Below, in pieces: positions 1 through 7,488 of a DNA stretch of 64,000 bases. The stretch's first letter is position 1; the number at the start of each line of letters is the position of its first letter. Below the pieces are notes generated by a model, which worked only from the letters and a program-made list of their open reading frames with translations, ran no database searches and was not told the origin of the DNA. The position numbers were made by a program, and so were the translations under genes. This DNA comes from Acidimicrobiales bacterium (GTDB taxonomy: Bacteria > Actinomycetota > Acidimicrobiia > Acidimicrobiales > GCA-2861595). The DNA lies in the NCBI GenBank assembly GCA_035536185.1, contig DATLOM010000008.1:32400-96399 (forward strand). The letters run 5' to 3'.

Positions 1-628
1 GCGGGTTGCGCGAGGGCTTGAAGAACGGGTCGGTGGCCATCGTCCACCCGAGGGGGAGGCCCAGCTCCTCGACCAGAGCGTCCACCGCGGCCGTGGCCTC
101 GTCGAGGAAGACCCGGGCCTCGGCGGCGGTGCCCATGATCACGATCTCGCGCATGGTGAAGCTCCACTGGCGCTCCAGCGGGCGGTAGTGCTCCTCCCGC
201 CGGAAGCAGGTGGCCCTGGTGGTGAACCAGCGGGGGCCGGTGAAGACCTGGCCGCGGTAGTGGGCGTAGAGGTGGTAGCAGGCGGCCGGGGTGAGGACTT
301 CCGTCACCGGCGCCAGCTCGGTCAGTCGTAGAGATCCGTCAGCGCCCACCGGGTCGCCGGCGGTGAAGGTCTCCAGGTTGGCCTCTTCGGTGCCGAGGCA
401 GGCGGCGAAGGTGGCGAGGTGGGGGAAGGAGCGGAAGTAGTCGATGCGCTCCAGCTCGGCGGCGGCGATGAGCGGGGGGAACCTGAGCTCCTCGGCTCCC
501 CACGACCCGGACATGCTCACGAAGCGGCGGTCCAGGCGGTCGGCCAGATCCAGCAGCGGCCCCGACAGGGTGGCCTGGCCACTGAGCCGCCAGGTGAGGC
601 CGGCCGCCTCGATGGCGGTGGGGGTCAT
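1..628 (-). CDS. Amino acid:[carrier protein] ligase (class II aaRS/SerRS-like), 3' end runs off window
   Basis: Not in ORF track. Manual translation from ATG at 628 gives MTPTAIEAAG...FPPLIAAAELERIDYFRSFPHL...LTPAACYHLY...TCFRREEHYRPLERQWSFTMREIV...ATDPFF, an open frame to base 1. Start overlaps the ACP stop (ATGA, 625-628). Confidence 0.85.
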   Translation of the reverse strand, partial: MTPTAIEAAGLTWRLSGQATLSGPLLDLADRLDRRFVSMSGSWGAEELRFPPLIAAAELERIDYFRSFPHLATFAACLGTEEANLETFTAGDPVGADGSLRLTELAPVTEVLTPAACYHLYAHYRGQVFTGPRWFTTRATCFRREEHYRPLERQWSFTMREIVIMGTAAEARVFLDEATAAVDALVEELGLPLGWTMATDPFFKPSRNP

Positions 629-903
629 GGCGCCGGCGCTGACGGAGAGGACGGGGAGAGGAAGGTGGCGTAGATGGTGTCGATGTCCCGGAAGACGCCG
701 GGCCGGAGGGAGGCCGGATCGAGTGGGGCGTTGCGCATCTCCTCGACGAACAGGAGAAGGTCCGTCACCTGAAGCGAGGTGAGGTGCCCCGATGCGATCA
801 GCGGGGTGGTGTCGGCGAAGTCCTCGCCCGGCGGGGCCGGTGAGTGCTCTATGACCCAACGCCGGAGCGCCCGGCGGGCCTCGTCCTCGGACAGGAGGGT
901 CAC
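625..903 (-). CDS. Acyl/aminoacyl carrier protein (92 aa)
   Basis: C-terminal part of track ORF 625..1158 from GTG at 903: ...DTTPLIASGHLTSLQVTDLLLFVEE...FRDIDTI, an ACP-like pattern with a Ser in TSL. Overlaps both neighbours by 4 nt. Confidence 0.8.
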   Translation of the reverse strand: MTLLSEDEARRALRRWVIEHSPAPPGEDFADTTPLIASGHLTSLQVTDLLLFVEEMRNAPLDPASLRPGVFRDIDTIYATFLSPSSPSAPAP

Positions 904-1763
904 GCCTCCGCCTCCTCCTCGAGCACGCCGGCGGTGGTGAGAAAGCGGAGGCACGCCCGGCTCAGAGTCTCTCGATGGGCGCGTGCCACAGGGTGGGCCC
1001 ATGCCTCGCGCGCCGGGCCGTAGGGGTCGGCGAAGGCGGTGTCGCGGTACACCTCCGGGTTGTAGTACTCCCGCCAGGTCGCGTCCAGGTAGCCGGTGAG
1101 ATACGAGCGCATGCCGGCCACGGTCTCCGCCGTCCAGGAGGGCGAGTGGCGCTGCCACAGGTGCTCGACGATGCGCCGGCCGAACACGAGGTGGCGGGTC
1201 TCCTCGGCGTGGTGGTTGGCGTTTATCCGACGGGCCAGTGGATCCAACCGCTCGTCCCGGCCCATGACCACGTTGTAGCGGTCCACGATCTCCTCAAAGA
1301 TGGCGACCTTGGCGAAGAACAGTAGATCCTCCTCGCCTTCGGCGTACTCCCGTGGGAACACCACCTTCCGGTCCGGGTAGATCTTGCCGGCGTAGCGCAG
1401 GCAGAAGGTGGCGAACCAGACGCTGTGCTTGTTCTCCTCGTCCAGGAAGTGGTGCAGGTACTCTGATACCTCCTCCAGCCCAGGGCGGTAGAGGCGACGG
1501 GCCAACCCCTCGATGAGCGCCTTCTCGCCGTGGATGTTGAGGCTGAAGAAGTTCACAGCCTCCCAGAAGCCGAGCAGCCGCTGCCTCTCCTCGGTCAGCT
1601 CGTCCCACAGTGGCGTTCCGAAGATCGAGATGAGCTCGGGGCTCATGAACCACTGCGACCGGTCGAGCGACTCCGGCCAGGAGATGGCCTCGTAGGGGTT
1701 CTGGTAGCTCCTCCGCGAGGATGCCGACAGCCTGGCCGCCGTAACCGCCACGTCCTCGCTCAC
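900..1763 (-). CDS. AurF/CmlI-family ferritin-like diiron oxygenase
   Basis: Motifs NIHGE, DEENKH, FEE and HHAEETRH (H-x2-E-E-x2-H, matching the AurF extra-His spacing), plus an N-terminal P-ELISIFGTPLWDEL segment. Confidence 0.8.
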   Translation of the reverse strand: MSEDVAVTAARLSASSRRSYQNPYEAISWPESLDRSQWFMSPELISIFGTPLWDELTEERQRLLGFWEAVNFFSLNIHGEKALIEGLARRLYRPGLEEVSEYLHHFLDEENKHSVWFATFCLRYAGKIYPDRKVVFPREYAEGEEDLLFFAKVAIFEEIVDRYNVVMGRDERLDPLARRINANHHAEETRHLVFGRRIVEHLWQRHSPSWTAETVAGMRSYLTGYLDATWREYYNPEVYRDTAFADPYGPAREAWAHPVARAHRETLSRACLRFLTTAGVLEEEAEA

Positions 1764-1767
1764 GCCC

Positions 1768-2724
1768 TCACACCTTCTCCAGGAGGAGAGCCTGCCAGTT
1801 CATGCCGTAGCCGGCCATGGCCAGCAGCACCTTCTCGCCGGGGCGCACGAGATCACGGCTCTCGAGGTACGCCATGTTGACGATGTTGTCGCCACTGATC
1901 ACGTGGGCGACATCGGGGAGCGACGCGCAGAAGACGCGCTCCTCGTCGATGCGCAGGAGCCGGGACAGGATCTGCCACGCCTTGACGTTGGTGTTCTGCG
2001 GAACGACCCAGTCGACGTCACCGGTGGCGAGCCCTGCCTTGGCCAGCAGCTCGGTGACGAGGCGGTGGGTGTAGGAGAAGTAGGCGCCAACCGTCTCGTC
2101 GTCGTCGGCCGAGACCATGGCGCCGTTGGTGATGTGGTGAGCGGCCAGCAGGCGGTAGCCCCCCGGCCGGCGGGAGACGGTGCAGGCGGCCGCTCCGTCG
2201 GAGATGAGGCTGTAGGCCTGCTCGTAGCTGGCGCCCGGCGGGAAGCGGTCGGCGGTGAGGCACACCACCCGCTCCATCTCCGGCTCGGAGGCCAGCAGGG
2301 CGCCGGCCATCCGCACGGAGCCGAGCATGCTCGTGCAGGCCTGCTGGTTGAGGCCGACGACGATGGCGTCGTCGAGGCCGAGGGCGGCCTGGAGGCGACT
2401 GGCCGGGTAGTCCATGAGGTCCTTGACGTCGCCGCTCCTCTCGAAGCGACCGGGCTCGGCCACGTTGGCGTTGAGCGGGATGCAGGTGGCGTAGACGAGG
2501 GCGCCGGCGCCGGCCACGGCGTCGCCCATGGAACCGGCCGCCGCTTCGGCCAGTTCGTAGGCGGTGTCAGCCTCCTCGCAAACGTGGTGGTACCGGAACC
2601 CGGCCTCGAGGAGATCGGCGGCGCCGGTTCGAGTACGGCCCGCCTCCACGCTCTCCTCCACAGTCAGCTTCCGGCTGCCGAGAGCGAAGGCGAAGTGGTC
2701 GACGAAGCATGCCTGCGCAGTCAT
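1768..2724 (-). CDS. 3-oxoacyl-ACP synthase III (FabH)-like condensing enzyme/acyltransferase
   Basis: From ATG 2724 (MTAQACFV). Contains QQACTS (catalytic Cys), SDGAAA, PQNTN, AHVISGD and AGYGMNW. ATGA overlap with the upstream ligase stop. Confidence 0.8.
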   Translation of the reverse strand: MTAQACFVDHFAFALGSRKLTVEESVEAGRTRTGAADLLEAGFRYHHVCEEADTAYELAEAAAGSMGDAVAGAGALVYATCIPLNANVAEPGRFERSGDVKDLMDYPASRLQAALGLDDAIVVGLNQQACTSMLGSVRMAGALLASEPEMERVVCLTADRFPPGASYEQAYSLISDGAAACTVSRRPGGYRLLAAHHITNGAMVSADDDETVGAYFSYTHRLVTELLAKAGLATGDVDWVVPQNTNVKAWQILSRLLRIDEERVFCASLPDVAHVISGDNIVNMAYLESRDLVRPGEKVLLAMAGYGMNWQALLLEKV

Positions 2725-4253
2725 ATTCGTCCCTCCTCGACCATCCTGGCCACCTCGGTGTGCCGGGGGCTGCCCTTGAGTGTCCGGGGCAGGGGGCCGT
2801 CGTGGACCTTGACCACGGTGGGCCGCTTGTAGCTGCTGAGCGATGAGGTGAGGCGGCCGACCTCGGCGACGGCGGCCTCGTGCCGGCTCGTGGGATCGGG
2901 TTGAGCAGCGGCCCTGTCCGGACTGATGACCACCACCGCGCACACCTGCTCCGGGGTCTGGCCAGCCTTGTTCCTCCTGGCCAGCCGAACGCCGACAACG
3001 CACACCTCGGAGAAGCAGCCGCCCGCGCTCAGGGCCCTCTCTACCTCCTCGGGCTGGACCTTCTTCCCGCTCTCCAGCACCACCAGGCGCTTGGAGCGTC
3101 CGGTCACGAAGAGGTAGCCGTCCTCGTCGACGTGCCCGAGGTCGCCGGTGTGCAGCCAGCCCTCGGCGTCGACGGCGGCGGCGGTGAGGGCCTCGTCCTC
3201 CCAGTACCGCAGCATCACCGCCGGAGAGCGTACGAGGATCTCCCCGTCGCCGGTGTCGGAGGGCCGGTCGATCCGGACCTCGGTACCGGGCAAGGGCCGG
3301 CCGACCGAGCCCGCCCGGCTGTGCTCCGGCGTGTTCATGGAGACGGTGGGAGCGACCTCGGTCAGCCCGTACCCCGGGTAGACGGCGATGCCCATCGCCG
3401 CGTAGCGCTCGACCACCGCGGGATCGAGCGGGGCGCCGCCGCAGTAGGCGGTCTCGAGGCCGGGCCCCTTCAGCACCGGCTCCAGGATCCGCAGGAGGAG
3501 CGGGACGGCCACCATCTTGGTGATCCGCTGCTCGCGGACGATGTCGGCGATCTCCTTGGGCATCAGCGTGCGGGCGAACCACACACTGCCACCGGACGCC
3601 AGCGCCGGCAGCAGCCCGCAACAGAGCTCGAGCAGGTGGTGGGCGGGGAGAACCGACAGCCAGCGGTCATCAGCTGCAGGCTTCTGGCCGGCCAGCACCT
3701 GCTCCACGCCGTAGGCGATGTTGGCGAAGGTGAGGGTGACTCCCTTCGGCGCGCCCGTAGTGCCCGAGGTCCACACGACCATGGCCGGCTCGTCGAGGGC
3801 CCGGAGGTTGGCGATGCCGGCGGCGCGGTGAGAAGACGCGACGTCTCCACCGGCGAACAGATCAGCCAGCTCCGGCTCGCCCACGACGAACGCCGGCGCG
3901 CTCCGCTCGACCATCGGCTCCATCTCCGACTTCGTCAGTGCCGGGTCCAGCGGCACGGCCACGCCGCCACAACGGAGAATCCCCAGCAGCACGCCCAGCC
4001 ATCCGCCTCCCGGTTCCGCGGCCAGGACGACCCGGTCCCCCGGTCCCACCCCTAGCGCGGGCAAGCGGGCAGCTACCCCGTCGACGCACCGGCGGAGCTC
4101 GCCGTAGGTGAGCTGATCCCAAGCGTCACCCCTTCTGGTGGCGACAGCCACGGTGTCGTCGGTACCGGGCCCGGCCGGGAGGAAGGCGTCCACGAACTGG
4201 CCGGATCTGGCCGGTCTCTGCAGCACCCGGACAGTGTGCCTCCTCGCGGTCAC
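2721..4253 (-). CDS. AMP-dependent acyl-CoA/acyl-ACP synthetase (long-chain fatty acid ligase family)
   Basis: ANL motifs WTSGTTGAPKGV, GYGLTE, TGDLG and GRSKRLVVLESGKKVQPEEVE. Confidence 0.88.
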   Translation of the reverse strand: MTARRHTVRVLQRPARSGQFVDAFLPAGPGTDDTVAVATRRGDAWDQLTYGELRRCVDGVAARLPALGVGPGDRVVLAAEPGGGWLGVLLGILRCGGVAVPLDPALTKSEMEPMVERSAPAFVVGEPELADLFAGGDVASSHRAAGIANLRALDEPAMVVWTSGTTGAPKGVTLTFANIAYGVEQVLAGQKPAADDRWLSVLPAHHLLELCCGLLPALASGGSVWFARTLMPKEIADIVREQRITKMVAVPLLLRILEPVLKGPGLETAYCGGAPLDPAVVERYAAMGIAVYPGYGLTEVAPTVSMNTPEHSRAGSVGRPLPGTEVRIDRPSDTGDGEILVRSPAVMLRYWEDEALTAAAVDAEGWLHTGDLGHVDEDGYLFVTGRSKRLVVLESGKKVQPEEVERALSAGGCFSEVCVVGVRLARRNKAGQTPEQVCAVVVISPDRAAAQPDPTSRHEAAVAEVGRLTSSLSSYKRPTVVKVHDGPLPRTLKGSPRHTEVARMVEEGRI

Positions 4254-4279
4254 ACGTCAGTCACCTCTACAGTTCCGAC

Positions 4280-4591
4280 ATGGCTGCAACCGCCGGGGAG
4301 ATCCTCCGCTTCATCGGGCGGAGCTCGAAACGGGTAGCGGTCACCGTGGTGGGCGCGGCATTCGTGCTCGGCGGGCTGGCCATGCTCGTCCTGCCGGGGC
4401 CAGGGATCCTGGTAGTGGCAGTGGGTTTCGCCATCCTCGGCACGGAGTACGCGTGGGCGGCCGCGGCGCTGGAACGCACGAAGCGAACGGCAGCCCAGGC
4501 CGCAGGCATCGCTCGGGCCGGCGCCGGCCAGGTGGCCAAGGGGGCCAAAGGCACGGCCCGATCGGCCGGCCGCCGCTTCGGCCGCCGCTGA
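4280..4591 (+). CDS. PGPGW-domain small membrane protein
   Basis: LVLPGPGILVVAVGFAILGTEYAWA pattern with hydrophobic helices. Confidence 0.75.
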   Translation: MAATAGEILRFIGRSSKRVAVTVVGAAFVLGGLAMLVLPGPGILVVAVGFAILGTEYAWAAAALERTKRTAAQAAGIARAGAGQVAKGAKGTARSAGRRFGRR

Positions 4592-4664
4592 GCGGGCACC
4601 GGCATCACGTGCGGCAGCGAGGCGCCACCCCTATCATCGTGGCTGGAACTTCTGGAGGTGGCAG

Positions 4665-5042
4665 GTGGGCTCGATCAGGGTTCTGTTGGTGGACGACGAG
4701 GCGGAGTTCCGTGCCGTGATGCGGTCGTCCTTCGACAGCGACGATCGTTTCGACGTCGTGGACGAGGCCGCCGACGGGCACCAGGCGATCGCCTTGGCCG
4801 CTTATCACCAACCCGATGTCGTCGTGCTCGACCTGATGATGCCGGAAATGGACGGCTTGGCCGCCGCGACCAGGATCCGGAAGGAGGCGCCCGAGGCCCT
4901 CATCGCCATGCTCTCGTCGCGGGAGGCCCGGGCGGCACAGCGTCCGGCCGTCACGGCCGGCGCCGACGTCTTCATCGAGAAGCACGACATCGCGGGCGTG
5001 GCCGACCAGATCTTCGACCTCGTCGAGAGTCGTCGCGGTTGA
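4665..5042 (+). CDS. Stand-alone response regulator receiver protein
   Basis: VLLVDD, DVVVLDLMMPEMDG (phospho-Asp), MLSS and FIEK motifs; no output domain. Confidence 0.88.
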   Translation: MGSIRVLLVDDEAEFRAVMRSSFDSDDRFDVVDEAADGHQAIALAAYHQPDVVVLDLMMPEMDGLAAATRIRKEAPEALIAMLSSREARAAQRPAVTAGADVFIEKHDIAGVADQIFDLVESRRG

Positions 5043-5075
5043 CTCTGCCGGCGGCGTGGCCGTAGGCGGCCGCCC

Positions 5076-6227
5076 ATGAGGCCGGCCGGCAAGAGCTCCC
5101 CCACCCGGACAACTCTTCCGGACGCGCGCGAGGACCGACTGTTCTTCGCCCAGGTGCGCGAAGACCCTTGCGTCGAGCTGGAAGCACTGCAGGTCAAGCC
5201 GACGGACACGGTCGTGGTCGTCAGCTCCGGCGGCTGCACGGCGCTGTCCCTTCTCGCCGCCGGCGCAGGCCGCGTGGTGGCCGTCGACCTCAATGCCGCC
5301 CAGAACCACCTGGTGGAGCTGAAGGCCGCTGCCCTGGCGGAGCTGGAACCCGCCGAAGCCGTCGCCTTCCTCGGTGGATGGAAAGCCACGTCCGCCTCCC
5401 GGCTCTCCTCCTACGAGGAGCTGCGCCACCGGCTGTCCCCTGTCGCCGCCGCCTATTGGGACGGGCGCCGCTCCAACATCGCGGGAGGGGTGCTGAACGC
5501 CGGAGTGAGCGAGCGCTTCATCTCCGTCATCACCGCGGTGATCCGGAAGGCCATCCACCGGCCGCCCCGGATCCGCCGGCTCCTCTCGTGCCGGTCCCTC
5601 GACGAGCAGAAGCAGCTGTACGAACTCGAGTGGGACAACCGGCGCTGGCGGCTTCTGTTCAAGGCCCTGCTCAACCGCGCCGTCTTCCGCCACACCTACG
5701 ACCCGGCCTTCTTCCGCCACGTCGACAACCCAAGCTTCGCCACGCACTTCCACGGCCTGATCGAGCACGTTCTCGTCGACGTTCCCGTCAAGGACAACTA
5801 CTTCGTCCACCACATGCTCACCGGGTCGTACCCGAAGGACGAGCCGAACGGCCTGCCCCCCTACCTCCAGGCCGAAGGCGCATCGACCGCCGCAGGCCGG
5901 CTCGACCGCCTCACGCTGGTGGACGGCGCCTACCTCACATACCTGCAGTCGTGCCCCGACGCCGGCATCGACGCCTTCACGCTCTCCAACATCTGCGAGT
6001 GGCTGGACGCCGCCCAGCTGGACGAGCTGTTCGGCGAGATCGTCCGAACCGCGGCACCCGGAGCCCGCCTGGTGTTCCGAAACTTCGTGGGCTGGACGGA
6101 GGTGCCCGAGCGGTGGAGGGACCTCGTCGTCGAAGATCGCGCCCGCGGGGAGGAGCTGATCGCCGGCGACCGCAGCGGGGTGCAGCGGCGGGTGGCCGTG
6201 TGCCGGATCGTCTCGCCGGATCGCTGA
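5076..6227 (+). CDS. DUF3419/BtaA-family SAM-dependent 3-amino-3-carboxypropyl transferase-like protein
   Basis: FAQVREDP, SSGGCTALSLL, VAVDLNAAQ-HL-ELK and LSNICEWL patterns typical of DUF3419. Confidence 0.78.
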   Translation: MRPAGKSSPTRTTLPDAREDRLFFAQVREDPCVELEALQVKPTDTVVVVSSGGCTALSLLAAGAGRVVAVDLNAAQNHLVELKAAALAELEPAEAVAFLGGWKATSASRLSSYEELRHRLSPVAAAYWDGRRSNIAGGVLNAGVSERFISVITAVIRKAIHRPPRIRRLLSCRSLDEQKQLYELEWDNRRWRLLFKALLNRAVFRHTYDPAFFRHVDNPSFATHFHGLIEHVLVDVPVKDNYFVHHMLTGSYPKDEPNGLPPYLQAEGASTAAGRLDRLTLVDGAYLTYLQSCPDAGIDAFTLSNICEWLDAAQLDELFGEIVRTAAPGARLVFRNFVGWTEVPERWRDLVVEDRARGEELIAGDRSGVQRRVAVCRIVSPDR

Positions 6228-6235
6228 GCACGTCC

Positions 6236-7360
6236 GTGGCCACCGACCCCGCCGCGGCTTTCCCCGTCCGTAGTGCCACACCGGGTGACAACGCCGCCCT
6301 CCTCGCCCTCACCGCCGCCTGCCCCATGGAGGGCGATGTCGGATTGTGCATGGAGCGTGAGCCCGACTTCTTCACCCTGAACCGGCTGGAGGGGGACCGC
6401 TTCGAGGTGGGCGTGGTGGACGGTCCCGACGGCCGGCCGGTGGGCTGCATCGCCGTGGCCGAACGCCGGGTGCACCTGCACGGCCAGCCGACCGACACCA
6501 TGTACGTGGGGGATCTCAAGGTCCATCCCGATCATCGGGGGACGGGAGTGGCCGACGCCCTCACCGCCTACGCCCGCGACCTCTGCCGGGCCAGGGGAGG
6601 CGACGAGGTCCCCACCCTGGCCACCGTCCTCGCCGGCAACCGATCGATGCAGCGGCGCCTCGCCGGCGGGCGCGGTCTCCCCCACCTCCACCGTTTCGCC
6701 ACCATCCGCTCATACTCGATCAGCCTGTTGTGGCGCCGACGCGTGCCGGCCTCGGAGCTGAAGGTGGCCCGGGCCGGGGCGTCGGACCTGGACGAGATGG
6801 CGGACCTGTGGCAGCGGGTCGCGCCGGCCCGCCAGTTCGCACCCGTCCACGACGCCGCCTCACTCCGGGCCTGGATCGCAGCGGCGCCGGCGCTCGACCT
6901 TCCGTCCTACCTGCTGGCCCGCACCGCCGACGGCCGCCTGGCCGGCTTCCTCGCCCTCTGGGACCAGGAGCCGTTCAAGCAGCTGCGAGTGACCTCCTAC
7001 TCGCGGCGGCTGTCGGGCTTCCGTCTCGGGTTCAACGCCGTGGCCCCGGCGATGGGAGCGACCCGTCTCCCGCCGCCCGGGGGCCTTATACGCCATCTCA
7101 CCGCCGTGCAGGTGTGCGTGCCGTCGGACCAGCCGGGCGTCCTGCGCTCGCTCCTGGTCCACGCCTACAACGAGCTTCGTGGCCGCGGCTACTCGTTCTT
7201 CACCATCGGCCTCGACGTCACCGACCCCCTCACCGCCGCCTGCTCGGGGCTACTGGCCCAGCCGACGGACGTGTGGGCCTTCCAGGCCACCCTGTCGGAG
7301 GAACGGGCCGGCCCGCCGCTGGACGACCGCCCCCTGCACCACGAGATCGCCCTCGTCTGA
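6236..7360 (+). CDS. GNAT-family N-acyltransferase (probable tandem GNAT fold)
   Basis: Real part of track ORF 5168..7360, from GTG near 6236 (start approximate). Contains RSATPGDNAALL and YVGDLKVHPDHRGTG (acyl-CoA-binding motif A). Confidence 0.72.
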   Translation: MATDPAAAFPVRSATPGDNAALLALTAACPMEGDVGLCMEREPDFFTLNRLEGDRFEVGVVDGPDGRPVGCIAVAERRVHLHGQPTDTMYVGDLKVHPDHRGTGVADALTAYARDLCRARGGDEVPTLATVLAGNRSMQRRLAGGRGLPHLHRFATIRSYSISLLWRRRVPASELKVARAGASDLDEMADLWQRVAPARQFAPVHDAASLRAWIAAAPALDLPSYLLARTADGRLAGFLALWDQEPFKQLRVTSYSRRLSGFRLGFNAVAPAMGATRLPPPGGLIRHLTAVQVCVPSDQPGVLRSLLVHAYNELRGRGYSFFTIGLDVTDPLTAACSGLLAQPTDVWAFQATLSEERAGPPLDDRPLHHEIALV

Positions 7361-7395
7361 CCGTTTTTTCACGTCACGCCCAACCCCCAGGCCTG

Positions 7396-7440
7396 TTGCG
7401 AGTACATAGCGGGCGGAAACGGCCCGCTATGTACTCGCAA
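7396..7440. repeat. Perfect 19-bp inverted repeat (REP-like element or bidirectional terminator)
   Basis: TTGCGAGTACATAGCGGGC-ggaaacg-GCCCGCTATGTACTCGCAA, lying between convergent GNAT and deaD genes. Confidence 0.8.
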
Positions 7441-7488
7441 GCAAGGGGGGTAGGTGGTTGTGGCGGCGGGCGGCGGGCGGCGGGGCGG

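Noticed and set aside
4280-5042. PGPGW protein and lone receiver as part of the biosynthetic cluster
   Set aside because: Both are common stand-alone genes, and there is no sequence evidence tying them to the pathway beyond position.
5168-7360. A 730-aa fusion protein as given in the ORF track
   Set aside because: The first 356 codons overlap the DUF3419 gene in another frame and are junk; the real GNAT starts near 6236. The same applies to track ORFs 1768..3621, 49595..51139, 50365..52725 and 51969..53606.
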